Shown here in pieces: positions 11,969 through 16,664 of a stretch of DNA of 16,664 nucleotides. The first letter of the stretch is position 1. Each line of letters begins with the position of its first letter. The translations under genes and the position numbers were made by a program. Under the pieces are notes generated by a model. The model did not search any database. It saw nothing but the letters and a program-made list of their open reading frames with translations, and had not been told where the DNA came from. Origin of the DNA: Octopus sinensis (taxonomy: Eukaryota); the NCBI RefSeq assembly GCF_006345805.1, contig NW_021825123.1, forward strand, positions 1 through 16,664. The letters run 5' to 3'.

Positions 11969-12225
11969 TTAGCATTAGTAGTAGTAGTAGTAGTAGTAGT
12001 AACTGCAGAAGCAGCAGCACCGGCAGCAGTAGGGGCAGCAGTAGTGGTAGTGGTGGTGCTGGTGGTGCCAGTACCAGTAGTAGTGGTAGTAGTAGTAGTA
12101 GCAGCAGCAACACCAGCAGTAGTCGTAGTATTAGCATTAGTAGTAGTAGTAACAGCAGAAACAGCAGCAGCCGCAGCAGTAGGGGCAGTAGTAGTGGTAG
12201 TAGCGGTAGTGGTGGTGGCAGTACC

Positions 12226-12278
<53 letters not shown>

Positions 12279-12280
12279 CT
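11870..12280. repeat. Degenerate (AGT/AGC/GGT)n field with a higher-order duplication of about 150-160 bp
   Basis: Anchors recur: gtattagcattag at 11966/12128, aggggcag at 12031/12181, cagtaccagtag at 12069/12219. Confidence 0.9.
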
Positions 12281-12614
12281 GAGTGTATGTAATATTGCAG
12301 AGATGATGATGATTGAGGAGGTTGCTACAGTTGTAGTTGCCACTGTTATATTATCGTTGCTGCTGCTTGATGGGGTATAGTAGGTGGGGGGGGGGGGCGC
12401 AACCGAAGTGGTTGCTGGGATTGTTTGTTGTTGTTTGTTGTGATGATGGTTGCTGTTGTTGTTTGTTGTAAAACGATGTTCCTGCAGGTGATAATATTAT
12501 CGTGACTGCTTTTTCTTGCTAAGCCTTCATAGACCAATCCCTACGCAATGAAAACCTTTTCTCGTCCTGTCTCCTTTTATTTTGTTACAGCCAAGTTATC
12601 CCTGATCCTGTAGG

Positions 12615-13067
12615 GGATCTTTTCGGTTTGAACGGTAGTTTTTTAAAACAATTTCCACGTAACTAAACACTTTCAAACTTCGTATACTTGTAGAATGTGT
12701 TTATAAAACATATTTTTCTCTTGGCATTCTTGAGAAAATTCTATAGTTTGTAAGATATTTGTTGTTTTCATTCTACAATTTCTGCAATTTCAACCAATCA
12801 ATGACGTCTATTGAGGTGAAAACATTCTGAGCCGTATGAATATGTGTAAGAAACAGATTGGGTTTATTTACATTTGTGAAGAAAAAAAGATACCCTTCCC
12901 CCACCCCTAACCCTAATCCTAACCCTGACTAAACCTAACTAACCCTAACTCTAACCCTATCCCTAAAGTAGATTGAAATGCAATAGATCGATACTAGGGT
13001 CATAGTTATGGGTGACAATTTCGTATGACACCGCTAGAAAAAACTGCCGTTCAAACCGAAAAGTTCC
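12615..13067 (-). mobile_element. MITE copy 2 (453 bp), GG-ended TIRs, 8-bp TSD CCTGTAGG; Merlin-like
   Basis: cctgtagg at 12607-12614 and 13068-13075 flanks ggatcttttcggtttgaacggtagttttt ... aaaaactgccgttcaaaccgaaaagttcc. A degenerate (CCCTAA)n array lies at 12905-12966. Inverted relative to copy 1. Confidence 0.92.
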
Positions 13068-13080
13068 CCTGTAGGCTCTA

Positions 13081-13130
13081 CAATGCTTCTGAACTGGGGT
13101 CCGCGTGACCCTTACGGGAGTCCACATAAT
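13081..13130 (+). mobile_element. Possible hAT/Charlie-like DNA transposon terminal remnant
   Basis: caatgcttctgaactggggtccgcgtgaccc resembles CAGTGGTTCTCAAACT-GGGGTCC type hAT ends. No partner end or TSD was found. Confidence 0.35.
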
Positions 13131-13272
13131 CGGTTGTTGTTAAAATTTATCTGCACTAACTTGATTATACTTCTAAAACGCACAAATATTTCAATATTTC
13201 TTTTTAATACAATTCCGTATATTTAATTATATAAAAATGCAGTTAGGTTCTTTTCTTATATACAAAGGATGG

Positions 13273-13489
13273 AAGGCGGCGAGCTGGCAGAATCGTTAGC
13301 ACGCCGGGCGAAATGCGTAGCCGTATTTCGTCAGCCGTCACGTTCTGAGTTCAAATTCCGCCGAGGTCGACTTTGCCCTTCATCCTTTCGGGTTCCATTA
13401 AATAAGTACAAGTTACGCACTGGGGTCGATATAATCGATTTAATCCGTTTGTCTGTTTGCCCCTCTGTGTTTAACAGACTCACTTCCTG
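13273..13489 (+). mobile_element. tRNA-derived SINE
   Basis: A-box-like tggcagaatcg at 13285-13295, B-box-like gttcaaattcc at 13349-13359, body ending in a (TA)n tail. Resembles common octopus SINEs (recognition only). Confidence 0.8.
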
Positions 13490-13660
13490 ATATATATATA
13501 TATATATATCATTCCTTCTCTTTCTCTATCTATACACACACACAACACACACACACACATATATATATATAGTTAATCCAAACATGAAAACACAACAACG
13601 CGAGGACGTGGAACAAGTCTAGAGTTATTGGACGCTCAGTAAAGGAAAGAAAGAAGGAGG

Positions 13661-13695
13661 ACTTAAAGTTTCGAGCGGAGCTCTTCGTCAGAGAC
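13661..13695 (-). ncRNA. Degenerate minimal hammerhead-like motif (copy C), within a short repeat at about 13571-13745
   Basis: Minus strand: GUCU-CUGACGA-A-GAGC(UCC)GCUC-GAAAC-UUU-AAGU. Core and stem II are intact; stems I and III are damaged. Confidence 0.5.
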
Positions 13696-13759
13696 ATAGG
13701 AAAAGGAAAGGTCCAAGGAAGGGAAGACAGAGGTCACATTTTGAATGTGTATATATATA

Positions 13760-14146
13760 GGCGCAGGAGTGGCTGTGTGGTAAGTAGCTTGTTTAACAAC
13801 CACATGGTTCCGGGTTCAGTCCCACTACGTTGCACCTTGGGCAAGTGTCTTCTACTATAGCCTCGGGCCGACCAAAGCCTTGTGAGTGGATTCGGTTGAC
13901 GGAAACTGAAAGAAACCCGTCGTATGTATGTATATATATATATATGTATGTGTGTCTGTGTTTGTCCCCCTAGCATTGCTTGACAACCGATGCTGGTGTG
14001 TTTATGTCCCCGTTACTTAGCGGTTCGGCAAAAGAGATCGATAGAATAAGTACTGGGCTTACAGAAGAATAAGTCCTGGGGTCGAGTTGCTTGATTAAAG
14101 GCATGACCGCAGTCAAATGACTGAAAAAAGTATGAGAGTAAAAGAG
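13760..14146 (+). mobile_element. tRNA-derived SINE with an internal microsatellite
   Basis: A-box-like tggctgtgtgg at 13770-13780, B-box-like gggttcagtccc at 13812-13823, CCTTGGGCAAG motif at 13835-13845 (as in CORE/V-type central domains), internal TA/TG run at about 13923-13960, 3' part ending at (TA)n. Confidence 0.82.
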
Positions 14147-15198
14147 TATATATATATATATATATATAGTTGTCTTTCTCTCTGTGTTGTCTCTGTCTCG
14201 TTGCTCTATCCCTTCCATACACACACACACTCTCTCTCTCTCTCTCTCCTTGACTCTATCACTTCCTCTTTTGCCTCTCTCACTGTCTCCTTTCCATAAT
14301 ATACTCCACCGTCCCCACCTCACCACTCCTCGATAGCTAGAAAACTTCCCCACTTCCATATCCCCTTCTATCACTCTCTATTCCTCTCACTTCATCTTAC
14401 CTCTTGGCACATTCTACACCTCCGCCACCAGCTGCATCATTATGGCTAACACCCTCCCACCACTTCCTCTCAGAACCATTCATCTCAAACACCACACCAC
14501 CACCACCGCCACCACCATCACCATCACCGTACATCACTCCTTCTCATTTACCTTTATACTTCCTTTCTTATATCCCTCCCACTATACCTCTCTCTCTCCC
14601 CCTCCTACACAGTAAATCTATTCTAGGCCAGACACTTTATACGGATGATTACACACCAATGAGCCGTGTAAGAGAAGGTCTCCTTTATTTACAAGCTGAC
14701 ACCTGTTGGACAACAACGATCGGTAGCCAGAATAGTTAAATGGACAATGTCCAAACCAAACCAATATAACGATTCATGGAAAAATAACAAAATTCTACTA
14801 ACAAAAGTTAGTAGAAGTAAAAGATATTTCTAAGATTAAAAAAAGAAAGTATATGAGCATATATATATAATATATATATATAATATATATATATATATAG
14901 TTATCAGTAACAATAAAGGGTGAAATTAATTAATTCGAATAATTATCAATTACACCAAGTAGATTTCGGCATGTAAAAGCTCCATTCGAGGAAAATTTAA
15001 GTAATACTAAGTAATTAAGGGTTTAGCAACGAATTGCCTCACCAACACACCGAATTTAGAAATAGCAGTCAAAGAGATATAGCTATTCCTTCTACTAAAA
15101 GGGGGATCTCAGTAAAAACACAGCACTTGAAAGGCAAACACAGACAGGTAAGAAAGAAAGAATGAAATGACGGCAATCTATCATACAATTTTAAGTTA

Positions 15199-15290
15199 CC
15201 TACGGACGTACGTTTCGAAATCAAGTTTTAGGAAAGCATAAGAATTAGAAAATTCTACCTTACCCAAACTTCTTTTCTCATCGGCGCAGG
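15199..15290 (-). ncRNA. Type I hammerhead ribozyme fold (identical to 15838-15929)
   Basis: The reverse complement is identical to 15838-15929; predicted cleavage between 15205 and 15204. Confidence 0.8.
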
Positions 15291-15837
15291 ATACTACAAT
15301 TATGAATAATTGTATATTAAATTTTTGATAATTGTATATTACCGTAGGTAACTTAAAATTGTATGATAGATGCCGTCATTTCATTCTTTCTTTCTTACCT
15401 GTCTGTGTTTGCCTTTCAAGTGCTGTGTTTTTATGAGATCCCCTTTTAGTAGAAGGAATAGCTATATCTCTTTGACTGCTATTTCTAAATTCGGTGTGTT
15501 GGTGAGGCAATTCGTTGCTACTAAACCCTTAATTACTTAGTATACTTAAATTTTCCTCGAATGGGCTTTTACATGCCGAAATCTACTTGGTGTAATTGAT
15601 AATTATTCCAAATAAATAATTTCACCCTTTATTGTTACTGATAACCATATTTTATCCCAGTAAATGACCGCAGCATTTGTCTTGGCTACACGCGGGTGGA
15701 AGGGGGCTGGTGACAAACTTTCATTCACACTTTGATTTCGTGGTACTGGTCATGCTTTGGCTCGCTCTGACACTGAGTTGAGATAATGCCTTCTAGTATC
15801 TCAAAATTTAATATACAATTATTCATAATTGTAGTAT

Positions 15838-15929
15838 CCTGCGCCGATGAGAAAAGAAGTTTGGGTAAGGTAGAATTTTCTAATTCTTATGCTTTCCTAA
15901 AACTTGATTTCGAAACGTACGTCCGTAGG
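15838..15929 (+). ncRNA. Type I hammerhead ribozyme fold, U4C core variant, long stem II, minimal stem III with palindromic GUAC loop
   Basis: Stem I CCUGCG/CGUAGG (6 bp, one G-U); core CCGAUGA at 15844-15850; stem II 15851-15911 (GAAA/UUUC, AAGUUU/AAACUU, AGAAUU/AAUUCU); GAAAC-GUAC-GUC at 15912-15923; predicted cleavage after C15923. Confidence 0.8.
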
Positions 15930-16119
15930 TAACTTAAAATTGTATGATAGATTGCCGTCATTTCATTCTTTCTTTCTTACCTGTCTGTGTTTGCCTTTCA
16001 AGTGCTGTGTTTTTACTGAGATCCCCTTTTAGTAGAAGGAATAGCTATATCTCTTTGACTGCTATTTCTAAATTCGGTGTGTTGGTGAGGCAATTCGTTG
16101 CTAAACCCTTAATTACTTA

Positions 16120-16254
<135 letters not shown>

Positions 16255-16555
16255 TTCAGATGAATATGGTACTTAAGTTAAAGGCAGTAGAATTTGGTAT
16301 AGTATTATCCATATATATCAAATGGGGTGATTACAATCAGAATAAGCAACAAATATATCAAGGTAGTGTCGTACAATTGTCTCATGCTACTTCATTTTAT
16401 TAAACACTGTAAGTATTACATCAGTTGTAAAATGTCGAGCTAAAGATTGTTTGACATTTTACAAATGATGTAATACTTTCAGTGTTTAATAAAATGAAAA
16501 GAGCAAGAATGAAACAATTGTACGACACTACCTTGGATATCCTTATTGCTTATTT

Positions 16556-16559
<4 letters not shown>
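16255..16559. mobile_element. Fold-back repeat remnant with arms of about 100 bp between microsatellites
   Basis: 16336-16436 pairs imperfectly with 16453-16559 around a 16-nt spacer; (TA)n follows at 16559-16602. Family not determined. Confidence 0.7.
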
Positions 16560-16595
<36 letters not shown>

Positions 16596-16664
16596 TATAT
16601 ATAAAAAACTGTAGTTGTGTGAGTGTCTGTCCCCTTCGATTTAGATTCCTAACTACTCCCACAT

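Noticed and set aside
10265-12537. Long ORFs of LPSF, poly-V/T/S/G/L
   Set aside because: They are translations of TTCC/TTTC and trinucleotide repeats, open in several frames on both strands.
14627-14667. Possible 41-nt host exon (ttctag|...GQTLYTDDYTPMSR|gtaaga)
   Set aside because: The splice signals are plausible but common. The peptide is not recognised and there is no supporting neighbouring exon; RNA-seq would be needed.
14793-14816. 10-bp hairpin ttctactaac-aaaa-gttagtagaa
   Set aside because: An isolated AT-rich stem with no context; compatible with chance.
16453-16530. Hammerhead in the fold-back element (GAAAC-AATT-GTA with palindromic loop; CTGATGT on the other arm)
   Set aside because: No intact CUGANGA core in register and no stem I pairing could be built.

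Overview
Eukaryotic, microsatellite-saturated non-coding DNA with no supportable host gene. The SINEs and repeats resemble those of octopus/coleoid cephalopod genomes (recognition only, not verified). Contents: a decayed, internally deleted Tx1/L1-clade LINE (about 6545-10391) sitting in a (TATC)n tract; a minus-strand 3' fragment of a related LINE ending in the same microsatellite; two copies of a GG-ended MITE carrying TTAGGG arrays (one with an 8-bp TSD, Merlin-like); two tRNA-derived SINEs; and many simple repeats. The most interesting signal is RNA-level. A non-coding head-to-head element at 14900-16124, embedded in (TA)n, carries two identical type I hammerhead ribozyme folds (U4C core variant, long stem II, palindromic GUAC loop III). 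One of its arms starts at the predicted self-cleavage site, defining a candidate 581-nt cut-to-cut monomer (Penelope-like/retrozyme-like). Three further short repeats each carry a minimal, partly dimer-type hammerhead-like cassette. All structures were folded by eye; none were computed or tested.
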